A stretch of DNA of 64,000 bases from Oculina patagonica (taxonomy: Eukaryota), in assembly GCF_052425735.1 (NCBI RefSeq), contig NC_135771.1:24428001-24492000 (forward strand), in the 5' to 3' direction. How positions within the stretch are numbered: position 1 is the first letter of the stretch; each line of letters begins with the position of its first letter. Positions 24,657 through 36,754 of this stretch are shown one piece after another. Position numbers and translations under genes: made by a program. The notes beneath the pieces were generated by a model, which saw nothing but the letters and a program-made list of their open reading frames with translations, had not been told where the DNA came from and did no database searches.

Positions 24657-26549
24657 ATGACTGCCACAGAAGTGTTCGATGAGATTTTGGCCCTGAAATC
24701 AATTTTTTGTAACCCCGGAGAATTTTATTTAATAAGCCCTTCCTCGTTAGAAGAACTTGAATCATCAACAGGACCTATTTCTTTCAAGATTGCCGTCAAA
24801 TGTACCGCAGAACAAGAATCGAACGATGCCACTAAATCACTGGAAAAGACCGAAAAGAACACTCTTTGTTTTGTTGTGGAAATGACGGTTGTCATTCCAC
24901 TAAACTACCCACAAACCTTGCCAGAAATATCACTCTCATGCACGGAAATCTCGAAGAAAGGTGTGACTTCTTTACGTGACAAACTGATCGAATATGCAGG
25001 AAATCAGTTCGAGAAAAAATCACAGTTCGAGTTCTGAGCCAATGATAATGGAAAATTATAGCGATGTGGCTGCAAGAAAATGCTTCATTATTTTTCGACA
25101 AACGTGCGTTGAACATCGAAAGAAATGATAGTTCTGGGGATGATTCTATCCTTTTACTCAAGTTGGACCACATGCGGAATAAAAATCGTTACATCAGAAC
25201 TATAACTCGCTGGATTGATGAGCTGAACTTGAATGGAAGACTTTTCTTTGCCAGTTATTTGATCTTGATTTTGTTGACAGGGGAAACTGACAATGTCAGA
25301 GAATATTTACGGAGACATAAAACTTGCAATGTTGACGTTGACTCTTCTGGAAAACCATGCAAGGAAAGAATGATAAATGTTCTAGTGCAAGAGAAAGCTC
25401 CAAGTAATTTGAGGTAAAATGATTAACACTTAGTTAATGACTGGTCCCGGGAAACAGTAAATCTTGTTTCCGCGGAGAATCTTAATGTTTCTGGAGGTGG
25501 AGCTGAGGGAAACATTGTGTTTCGAGGAAAACAAAATTAACTGGTTTCCCAAGGGACCAGTCATAAAATGATTTGCTATATATCACAACAAAGAGTTTAG
25601 AAGAATGGCAGTCATTGGTCGACATTAGCAGGTAACAGTCGGGTAACAGAACACTGATCTACATTGTTACCCTCTGACGACATAGATTTTGCAATGATGC
25701 CCACTCAGTTTTTTGGCAGGAATGTCCATTTTTATTGTTCGAAGTCATACATGTGACCTCTAAGTAGCCAGTGAGAGTGCATGCTGTTGGGAAAAAGAAT
25801 CCATCTATATATCAACTATATGCAAATAAACAACACACCTGTACGTTGTGTAATCAACATCCAATTTTTCTATACATCATCACTGCACCTTTCAATAACA
25901 AGAGCTCTGCCCAAGCAATGGTTATGTTTTACACTGCTGTCAATCATCTTAGTGAACCTCTCAGCAAACAGAGGTTCAAAAGGTCTGATATCTGTCAATT
26001 GTGATTGGTAGATTTCGATCAGCTTTCTGTTTTTCGAGGTTTGCTGGCTGTCACCATGGTATTATGAATAATTGATTGATGGCAGTGAAAAGCACAACTA
26101 TTTGGTTTTGAACTTGAGAGTTCGTGTGTAATTGATTGAAAGGTGGAGTAACCCAACAAGATGATGTTAATCATTCCATTTCAAGCAGTAAGGTGACGAG
26201 AATAAGAAAATCTTGAACTAATCAATTATGGGTATAAACATCAGAAAAGCAGTGCTCAAGGGACACACCCAACGTTTTGTCTCAAATATTTTTTCTTGGA
26301 AATTTGTGGTAAAATCATCAAGACAACATCGTGTTCACTATTAGAATTAACAGAATATTGTTATTTTAACACTGTTGATTGAAAGTTACCTTATGGGAAT
26401 TATTTCAATTTTTTTGTCATTTGTGTTAATTTTGTAGGATTTGTGGCCTTGGTGAAGGTGAATGCAAATCTCTGTCAGAGTTAGAGGAAAGATTTACAGA
26501 ATTAAATCTTGAACATTTTTTCAAGGAACACATCAAGCCTTTGCTCTAA
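24657..26549 (+). CDS. RWDD3: RWD domain-containing protein 3 (RSUME); frame disrupted at ~25005-25060 in this assembly
   Basis: N-terminal RWD domain (DEILALKSIF..YPQTLPEI). C-terminal LDHMR..Y...I..W..EL.L.GRL....LILILL.G....V.EYL...KT..VDVDSSGK.CKE.M matches the RWDD3 pattern. Exon 1 is 24657-25413 and exon 2 is 26438-26549 (ICGLGEGECKSLSELEERF...KPLL*). Confidence 0.85.
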
Positions 26550-27797
26550 CCAAAATAACATCTTCTCTATGCAAAACAAGCTCAGTCGGGAGAATAAAAG
26601 CCAGTTTTCGCAAATCTTCGTTGAAGCACTCGAAGTATTTCCGAATCATTTCATCCAATCAAACCTAGCGCGAGCGCTCACGAGTACTCTAAAAGCCGTC
26701 GCGCTTATAAATATGTTATGTTGCTTAGCAACTTCTGGGACAAAACCCGCGGGCTCAGTCACTTCTTGGAGAAGTGATGTCGCGCCATCAACTGGCACTT
26801 GTTCCCCCGACTGAGCTAACAGAAAGGCTTATCATAAAGGAGATGTTTACACCTCAGGTGTAGTTCATAAGTGGATATCTCCAAAAGTCAACCATTACGT
26901 GGTCCTGCCCACCAACAGAGTTGTTATAAACAAACAACTCACCTGTGGCTACTGTTAACAGGCATGAAAGCCTTTCTCAAGCTATCTTTGTGGTTGATAA
27001 AAGAACTTACAACACTTGAAAATAGTGGCTGAGTTTATTTGGTATTTGTGGTCAGATCTGACCTGGAAGGCTGACATAATTTATTACACAGCAAGATATT
27101 TAAAATTAGTAATAAATTAATATACAATTTGAATAATTTCTAGTGATGCTCGAAGTTAAAAAAATGATTTTTGTAACAAAAAACAGATGAAGTTTCTTTT
27201 CTTCAACATTTCCATTTCAGAAGAGAGATAATCACTAAATATTGACCTAGCTAGCATTAATTTTTGATTTTTGCTGTTACATAACAGATACAAATGACCA
27301 CATTTCATTCTAACAGTGCAATGTACAAACGTATCAAATTAAAGGCAACTTCAAAGAATAATTTCGTGTAAAAAAGGAAAACAGAAGCAAAAAGCTGGAA
27401 GGGTTATTGGGTATTAACCTCAGAAAAACAATTGTGTTGCCCTTAACCAAGCTTTTCCATCACCAATCATCTGCCTTACACAAAGAAGAAAAGGAAACGT
27501 AATGTGATGTTGAGCAAACTACTAAAATTTCCTTCAAATGAATATAATTATATATAGTTATGTCTTTGCCTCTTTGTATTAAAAAATAACTTATTACAAA
27601 ATAAACTTGATTACAAAATCAAAAAACTGTATAACATCTAACTTTAATAAAGAATAATAATTTATGTGCAAGTTTTTTGTACTGCAATTTGTTTCCTTTT
27701 ATTTTTTTTTAATAAATAAATAAAATAAAATTGTACATTTATGTCGCTGGAAAAAAAATATTGCAAGTGCTGTATACATGAAGCTTTTTCTGTGATG

Positions 27798-30700
27798 TTA
27801 GTGCGATAGTTCTTTCAGGAGATCATCAGAATCCAAAGAAGTTAGTGATGAGCTTGAGATGTTTCCAACTCCATTTCCAGACACTCCTAACAAACAAATC
27901 ACACCTTTTGTTAATATCAACCACAAAACTAAATTCTTGCAGATATCTTTTTCATAAAAAAGCTGTTGCTCATTAGAATATATAGAATAGACCATGTCGT
28001 GGTTTCAATGCCATCTTGATGAAAAGAGAAAAGCGGTCAGAATTTACAGTGTTTGTATGGGAATCCGATAGCAAATTTTTTTTTTTTGCAAAAATTAATT
28101 CTCAACAGCTTATGAATCGCAAAGTTAAGATACAAAGGAAAGAATTGTATTCTCCAAATTTGATGGATGTGGCTGTGCTGGAAAGCCTCCAGTAGTTACG
28201 TTTTAAAGTTTTCATACATTTGTCTTTTTTTTCTGCAAATTGACTAGGTTTATGGGAAAAAGTTTCAGAGAAATGTATGGAAAATTAAAAACAAAACTTA
28301 ATGCTTTTCAGCCCAGCCACATCCTTCAAACTTGGTGAAAAAACTTTTACCTAGTATCTTAAACTTTACGATTCATAACTCGTCCAGAATTCAATTCTTA
28401 AAAAAAATTATTTGCTGTCAAATTCCCATACAAACACTGTAATTTCTAACGGCATTGCCTACCTGTCAAAGATGGCCTTGAAAACCGTGATAAGGTCTAT
28501 AGATATGACATGACAGTTGCATCAAATTTTTCGTGTGAGCAAATGAAAAATGTAAGCTTTAATGTAGGAACACTTTTGCACTTTTAGCCAGTTGTAGCAA
28601 TTTTTTTTTATAAAGAACAAAACTCCCTGTTTTGTGTCTTTATAATGGAGCCCTCGCCTACAGCTTTGCTAAGATTCTCTCCATACCCGCTTGGGACCAA
28701 AATGATGAGCTGTGATTTTCATTAGTATAAGAGTATAAAAATATAGAAAGAAAGATGTAATATCACGCCTGACTAGTAACAGAGAGACGCGGGTTCGAAT
28801 CCTGCTCGGGGCATGTAATTTTTCTTTCATTTCAGAGACATGTGTCGAAAGCCTTCTGTAATTTATTTACATCTTTCTTTCTGTAATTTATTTACATCTT
28901 TCTTTCTGTTTCTAAGGCTTTCATGGCTTCATAAAATTTCTGTATAAAAATATAGAAATGGATGTTTTATTTACATACTGCTTACCATTGTTACCTCGAT
29001 GTGATCTGTCAAGTTGTAAAGAAACCAGTTCTGTGTCGCTGGGACTGCTAATATCCAGTGTTGTCAAGCTCAGATCAGTGTTACTGCTGCTGGATAACAT
29101 AAGATCATCTGAAGCTGCTTTGGTTTTCTTTTTCGCACCTTTTCTTCTTGGTTTAGAGTCACCATTAGTCATCTTTGTTTGCTTGGGCAGACGTGGCTGA
29201 GGTAGTCTCACAGAAGAGTTACTACCTGTGAAACAAAATTTGAACAAAAAAGCACAATCATTCACTTGTTTTCTGAAGGTCGCCACAACATGAAAAATCC
29301 AGGGAGGGCTCCCATGTGAAAGAGACAGGGATTAGGGGTGTAACGTTGGGGTCTCATTTAGGAAATTCCTTTAGGGGTTTTATTTAAAATTTCTGATGAG
29401 CATCCCCATCTGTTTCATATGGGAGTTCTTCGTGGGAAAAAATTTTAAGTGGAGGTACAACCCTCCAAGTTAAGACCATTTTAGTCGCCATGGTGACTAC
29501 AATTTTGAAGCTGGCGACTAAATTGGAATCAAAGTCGCCAGACTTGTGACCAAAATTGAGAAGAAGGATTGAATCATGAGCTTAATTTAGCGACTAAACT
29601 TGAGCAGTTGGTGGCCAAATAGCCACTAAGGAAATAAATAAACTTGGACAGTTGAGGTGTGTTGTCCAGGCTATCGAGCATCATTGAGAGTCGTGCCTCA
29701 TAAGGAACTTAGGTTAAATCTTTCAATCATTTAATCTCAACATTAATCAATTTTCAAAGAACTCAACAAGACAATAACATAATTTTGAAGGTTTTCTTAC
29801 TGGAGACTCCTGAACGCCTGATGCTGGACTGCATTTCTGATTCCAATTCAGAATACTGATGACTGACTTTGTTGACAAGGTGCCTGCAAACAGAAAATTA
29901 TCCACAACATTGCAGTCGAATCCCTCCTTACAGCCACCTCATTAATACAGTTATGGTTTTGCAACCAAGATATTAGCATGTTCATTATTTCTTAAGTAGG
30001 AACATTTGATGGCTCACTGCTGGCTGTGTTAACAGCATTACATTGCTGCATTTATTTGGAAGTTAATTAACTAGTACCTTTTTACATCAAATTTTGATTG
30101 TGACACTATAGGCATATTTTCTTGTACTTTTCATGCCCAAAATTACTTACTTGAGTTGCCGTATGTCATAGGCGTCTGATTGTCTCTCATCAACGATACT
30201 GCTGAGACTTCTTGACTGTGAGCGCTGATTCTCTGATAGTGATGATAAAGCCTAAAGGGTATGTCATTAAAAACAACACTGATCAATACTTTCAGCCCTG
30301 AACGGTGATCAAAATCTAACTTTCCAACAAACTGTAAGAAATCAAGAATCATTTTGAAACTTGACCTGGTGGACCCAGTGATTATTTGACTCCTGTAGTT
30401 TATTCAAGCCTGGTGTTTATTAAGCAGGGTTTTTGTGCATAAGTTAAACAAACATGTATCTTGCTTGTATAACTACAACTTATCTTACCTCAAATAAATA
30501 CCTGAGGGGCCTATTTTCAACTCCACTTTGGAGACCCGACGTTTAATCAAGGAAATACGGTTATGTTCAATCATCTCAAAACTATCAAAAAAAAGATAAA
30601 ATGTCTTACCCTGTCTAATCTGTCCTGTTTACGAAATACATCTCTTGACTCAGCAAGGGTTGAATGCAGCTCCATTTCCATTTTTCCTGGTTTATTTTAT

Positions 30701-33700
30701 CAATTAATATCAAAACAAGAATTAGATGTTAAAATATCTTTTAATTACCAGGGTAATAAATCATTATTTATCAGTATTTATCACAAGTCGGACAGAGTAA
30801 AAATGATTTTCTTTTACCCAGCTTTGTTTTAAGGTGCTCAATGTCCCTTTGTAAGGATTCTGTTTCGTCTTCAACAATTCTTCTCCTTCAAAAGATTGGA
30901 CAATCACAAAAAGTATTTAAAATGCCATGATTGACACCTTCTACCATAATTTATTTTATAAATTTATAATGTTCCTGTACAGTAGAATCCTGATTTCTCC
31001 AGCCCTCAGAACTTTTTTTCTGATAACTCAAACCAAACTTTACGTCGTTTCCCTTGTTTTACCCCCAGACTTCGAAACTCCTGCTTTCTTCAATCAATTT
31101 TCCTTTTCCTTACAGGTTTGACAAATTGGGAATCCACTGGATTTTAACAAATTGCATGTTTATCACAACATTTTATGAAGCCAATTGATGTAGTCAACTT
31201 AGTCTGTGTCTTGTAAATATTTTTTAATTTATTTTTTTTTGGTAGATTATTTTCTTGTATTCTTCCTTTTATCTCATCCGTTGATCTTCATTGGGTATTG
31301 TTTTTATTGCCTTAGGTTCAAGCAGATAATTCTATTATAATATTTCAGAACATACTTGTCTATGATGTAAAAAAGGTCATTCATACCCCTTCTTATTAAT
31401 AAAGTTAAACTTCATAACAAAACTCACGCTTCATTGACAACAGCTGAGTCACTGCGACCAGAGCTCTCACCAGCACTCTGTCTGAGCTTTGCTTGGCTTT
31501 GAACAAATTCCAGTTGGCTGTATACATCACGTTTAAACTAAAAGTAATTGGAATGAATACTATAAACTAATAGCAAATACAAATTATGCAAATGATGTTA
31601 TGATAAGATTGATAAGTGTTATCTTTCATTACAGTAAGTTTTAAAATTCTGTTATTGATTTTATACTGAAAAAGACTGTGTCACAGCTACTACCATTTTC
31701 GAGCGACCGTGAAAGGCAAACTTTTTTCTGCGTTTTCTCACCTGTAAAACATTCAAGTTTGTCTAGACAAACTGTCGCGTTTTACAAGTAAACCATTTAA
31801 TGTTGTTTAACGTAAAAAATACTCTCGAAATAAAAAAAATAAATAAACAATCGCTGATCGCTGTCACAACAATTGCCAGAAATGTAAAGCCGCCCTTTGC
31901 TTTCGACATTCATTGAAGAAATATAAAAAGTCGACGCAAAAGTTTTCAAAAACCATTGTTTCATGTGCAGAAACACACCGGCGGAGCTGTTAAACTTGAC
32001 ATGTTGACGCTCCAAACGTTAATTGGTTCAGTTGAAAAACGCGACGGTTTGTCTAGTCAAACTTGAATGTTTTACCCTTGAAAAAACGCCGAAAAAAGTT
32101 TGCCTTTCACGGTCGCTCGAAAATGGCAGTAAGTTAATTTTATGTTATGAAGTTTTGTCAAATATTCACTGTGAAACTAAATGTTTGCAAAGACCTAGTA
32201 AGTCAAGCTTTTTAACAGCCCTGCAGTACATCTCTAAAAAACTTATATCCTCCTTTCATGTCTACATAGCAGTTTAAGAATACTCCTCTGGTAATTCCTC
32301 CCATGTACGTACTTGTTCTAGTTTTCTTTCTGTTTCAATGTCCACTCCTTTTTCTCTGAGCCTTTCATTCAGTCTGCTAATCTCATCTGAAATCATGAAA
32401 ATTAAAACACTCATTAAATGAAACTTTAGATACATTTAAGAGGATATTTCCAGAGTTGTAACTGCAGACCGAAGGGGTTGTTAACAGTATTAAAATAATT
32501 ACTTTGGAGAGTTCAATGTAAAACTCACAACACATTCTGGGAGTCATACCAAGTCAATCAGATTTGTACTAAGCTGACTTCAAGTTCCAGCAGTATAAAA
32601 TTATAAGGACAATATTTGTACTTATTTTGTTCCTTGGCCATTGTAAGGTTTTCAAACTGTTCAAATATGAAGGAAAATCACTTGATACTCGTGAACAAAA
32701 ATAGTTGCAGGGAGCCAGAATGAGAAACTCTTGAAAACCAAAGCATTCATGTTTCAGAACCTTTCATTTTCTTTATATCTGTAGCTTGAATATCCCTTTC
32801 TTTTTCCAGTTTCTTGACTGTGTCACATAATTGACTCACTACCTATAGAGCAACATAAAAAATATGTACTAAATATAATATAAAGAGCAAAACTATACTT
32901 CTAATAACTAGTGGTAACCACAGGTTAGAAAGTGCGGGCCTTGACGCACTTAGAAAAGGTTCTGGTAGACAGTGTCGATAAATAAATGATAAAATGGACA
33001 AAAGACAATTATTCCGAGTAACACGTCACGCAAGGAATGCACGTTTTCATCGTTTTCTATTGCCGCGAACCGATCAAAGTTGTTTTTTGATTGACGGTTT
33101 TGGGAAGTGTAATCGAGCATGCGGTGTGAATTGAGATGTGATTTTTCTCATTCGTTAAACTCGCTATGTTGTCAGTGTTATAACAAATATCTCGACAATA
33201 ACCGTTGTTGGAATCATTCGCTTTACCGTGGTTTATCTGTGATACAATCACAGCAAATTTTCTTAAAAGCAATACCTATAAAACAACGTCCTTCATCGAG
33301 TCTTCCATGTGACAGAAGCCTGTTGTAGATCTTATGTGACAAGCTGTTGAGAGATTGACTCATTTTATGCATTCTTATCGTTTTTGGAGAACAGATTTTT
33401 CTCTTCCGGTCTTAGGACAAACTGTCGTGATTGACACAGTTTTCGCATTCCGATCGTTCTTAGTGGAAGAACAAAATTTTCAACTTCCGCTTTCTGTTCG
33501 CTCTGTATTGAGGTGGCGCGCACGCGTAAAACGCAATCCGCTGGTCACTGTCAAGATTAGGGTTGCGGGCCTCTCTTGGGCCTGCAAAAAGTATGTAACA
33601 TTGTGCAGTTTGTAAGTGATTTGAATGTTTGGCATATATTCAATAATTTTTTATAATAAAATATTGAAAAACTAGAGCATAGGATAATGCATTTGCAAAG

Positions 33701-35634
33701 TTTTAATTGGTTTAGCGGCAACTGCATGGATATCAACCATTATTCCATGCCTTACAAAGTTAACATGAATGAAAAAAGTACATCACTTGTTTTATTTCAT
33801 GAGTTCAGGCTTGTTGATCATCTGCTCTCTCATATTACCGGTATACAATACATACATGTGTGCTTGTGAAATCATGGTAAAACATTCAATGACCGTGCAT
33901 ATATAACAGCCTGGTGCTGTGTTATACATTACTGGAATCTCATCCTGGGGCTAGTAATATTGAATAATACCCCGGTAACATAGATTTTGCAATGTTGCCC
34001 AATAAGAGACTAGATAGATAGATAGTTTATTGATATTCTTACATGACAGTCTAAAAACTGAATTGCGTAAAAACAATTTTGGCAAAAAAACAATTTTACT
34101 GTTACCGTAGATGTCATGTGACCTTGAAGTAGTCAATGAGAGCGTGTGCTGTTGGGGAAAAAATTTTAGCTATATAACACCAACAGTTACCTCAGCTTGT
34201 TCCTCAACTCTTTCAAACAACGCATTCACTAGCGCAGGTGATGCCTGGCTTGATGGAGCACTTGTTGCCATACCAACGGTTTTTATTGGACTATGTTTAC
34301 TGCTTGGCAAGTCCCATGCCACAGTACCTTTATATGGGCTCCTGGCAGCCTGGGACCTAAGATTGCCTGTTGATATAAATATATGTAAAGAAGCAGGAAC
34401 TGACTCATCTCAAAGTCCCCCCTCATTTTTCAGAGTATGTGTACCCATTCTCGTCCTCACTGAAAGCCCCTTGTCCCTCTCAGCCAGTAATTAAAGCCTG
34501 TGCACAAGAAACAAGTGGCTCTGGGGACACTTGATTTGAATTAAATGAAGGGAGGTTCAGATCTAATCAATTAAATCAACTGTTTTTAAACGCTTTTGTG
34601 ACAAAGGGATTTAAAACAGTTCATTTTATTGGCTGTTCCTTTTGTGTAAATTCTGCCAATCAAATCATTTTTCCCCAAACCACTTGTTCCTTGTGCCCCA
34701 GGTTTCTCTGGCTAGGGACTAGTTGCAAGCCGCTCCGGGAACAAGAATGATGTGTATCTGGTCCGGAGATGGGAGCACTAGGAGAGAGAGCCTAAGGAGA
34801 GACGAGAAAGAGGAAAGAGGAGTTTCTCCTTCCCTTCACCCCTCACCTGTACAACAGAGAAGACTGGAGTGGAGACATGTCAGAAGCAGCAAACATTTGA
34901 TGCACTTCCTTTTGATCCTAGAAGTACAGTGTGGTTCACTGATATGTCCTTCATGGGAAAGATAGAACCCACAATGAAATACCCGGTGAATGGACTTACT
35001 ACCTCCCAACGTACGGCTTTATAGCTCAGTTGGTAGAGCATTGGGCAAGATTTCCGCACAGCCCCCTACATTAATTATGCATACAATTTTCTGACTGATT
35101 CGTTCTTTTCATGATTGCTGTTTATGTATAGTGATAGTATGAAATAGTTGCATACATAATTAATGTAGGGGGCTGTGCAGAAATCTTTCCGAGCATTGCT
35201 CTGGTATTATTCCCAAAGAACACAAAGTTAAATCTTCTTTCCACTAACTGCTTAAATTGGTGGACCCATGGAAAGGAATCAATACCCGATCTGCCCATTA
35301 TATTGTAGGATTTGATGAAATAAAATTGTATAATTATATTGAAAATAGCTCATTGAGGTCAGAGATGTAGGCATGTGTGGAATGCAGCTATTTACCTCGC
35401 AATTTCTTGTCTACTTAAATTATACTGATCTGATAGACTGAGAGTAAAATACCATAAATACTAAAGAAGGTATAGCAAGGTTTTCTTAAGCTTACCTCGC
35501 GAAAACTGCATTATATGTTGGGTCATCAAGGTGAAAATAGCGAGTTTAAAATAAATTACGAATAGCAGGTGTTTTGTTTTAAAATTTAATTACACCAACG
35601 TGCAGTGATAACAGCCAATCAAACTCACCGCCAT
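27798..35634 (-). CDS. Coiled-coil protein, CCDC159-like, 13 exons, ~376 aa
   Basis: Phase-consistent exons: 35634-35629, 35505-35496, 35410-35396, 34366-34191, 32842-32761, 32386-32313, 31537-31428, 30885-30818, 30686-30610, 30251-30151, 29883-29801, 29225-28986, 27886-27798. The heptad region (EEQAEVVSQLCDTVKKLEKERDIQ...LEQFKRDVYSQL...EARRIVEDETESLQRDI) recalls CCDC159, followed by a Ser-rich tail. The gene model is strong; the family call is tentative. Confidence 0.75.
27987..28500. mobile_element. MITE with long imperfect TIRs (ATAGACC...GGTCTAT)
   Basis: Inverted arms include TTACAGTGTTTGTATGGGAAT / ATTCCCATACAAACACTGTAA. Confidence 0.7.
29458..29654. mobile_element. MITE with CAACCCTCCAAGTT TIRs (copy 2)
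   Basis: Aligns along its length to 18601-18818. Confidence 0.8.
31688..32131. mobile_element. MITE with ~100-bp TIRs
   Basis: CCATTTTCGAGCGACCGTGAAAGGCAAACTTTTTT.. / ..AAAAAAGTTTGCCTTTCACGGTCGCTCGAAAATGG. Confidence 0.8.
35044..35190. mobile_element. MITE with GG..CC termini and 8-bp TSD (Merlin-like), inserted in a tRNA-derived head
   Basis: TIRs GGCAAGATTTCCGCACAGCCCCCTACATTAATTATG / CATAATTAATGTAGGGGGCTGTGCAGAAATCTTTCC. GAGCATTG is duplicated at 35036-35043 and 35191-35198. Confidence 0.8.
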
Positions 35635-36754
35635 GATGGATTCCACTTGACCTGGGGTGAAATGCTTTTGTTTTGCTTGAAGAACCCAAGCGATCCTGAG
35701 TGTAAACAAACAAATTGCCAGTTAATCTAACGGTATATGGAACTCGTGAAGAATAGAAGAGCTTTTTATCGGGATTCTGATCGATACAGATAAAAAGTAA
35801 AGGTGTTTTGTGTGAAATTTCGGTTTCCGCCCAATGTCTGCGTTACTGTAATCTTTTGTAAAACCTAAAGGAATGTGTGACAAATCGCGTCCAAAATCAA
35901 GAGCTACTAACCCGAACTCTGGCCAGATTCGTCTCTGTTTCACGGACAATAGAAGAAAACTTGTTCTCCCACTCCATTGCTTAGGGAACTATAAACAGAA
36001 CAGTTAGAAATTTTGTAGTACTTGCTCATTTCATTGCAACGGTGCAATTTGACACTTCGTGAAAGGCTCATTATATATACCGCTGACCATCGTGAGGGCG
36101 CTGCGCTTGGCTTGGCAGAACCTTTTGCAACGGGTGAAAATCATCGGAAGGGGGGATCCGAGGGACATCCTAGGGAATACAAACTCCCTCTTCAAGCAAA
36201 CTGTGAGTCTTTAATATGCATCTATGTTAAGCCCCATGGTGAGGGGGGGGGGGGGGCAACCCACGGGAATTTTATCACGAGTCTCTCCCAGAGCTCTCCC
36301 AGGGTAGGGATTTTGACATCTGCCTGAATTTCAGACATCCCTCTGTGGTCGCCTACTAAGCGAGCACAGAGGGATGTCTGAAATTCAAAATCCCGGGTTC
36401 TGCCCACTGCCCCTCTCCCCCCCCCCCCTCCTACCCCCACCCTGGGGATTGACATTCTACTGGTCAGGGAAAACTGATTCTCTTCTCTTCTCGAAGTAAA
36501 TTGAAAATTGGTAGATGCCTTATCTGTATAGGCAATATATATGCAAAATTTATATTTTCAAACATTGGGGATTAAAAATAATCCGCCTACTAAGCCTCCA
36601 TTCTCCAGGCCACGTCACGCCACTCTGAAAAGTTCTCAAAAAAAGAGCGGGAATTTTTAGCCAATCAAATTAATCATTCAAAAAGAATGAGCGAATCAGG
36701 GAACGACATTCATACTTGGCCCGAGGGCAGGCCGAGTGCTCTCCAACATCCAAC

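Noticed and set aside
28765-28815. tRNA-like GGTTCGAATCC (also 35015-35043 and 56937-56995)
   Set aside because: No complete cloverleaf; better explained as SINE heads.
34111-34494. 127-aa plus-strand ORF
   Set aside because: Antisense to exon 4 of the CCDC159-like gene.
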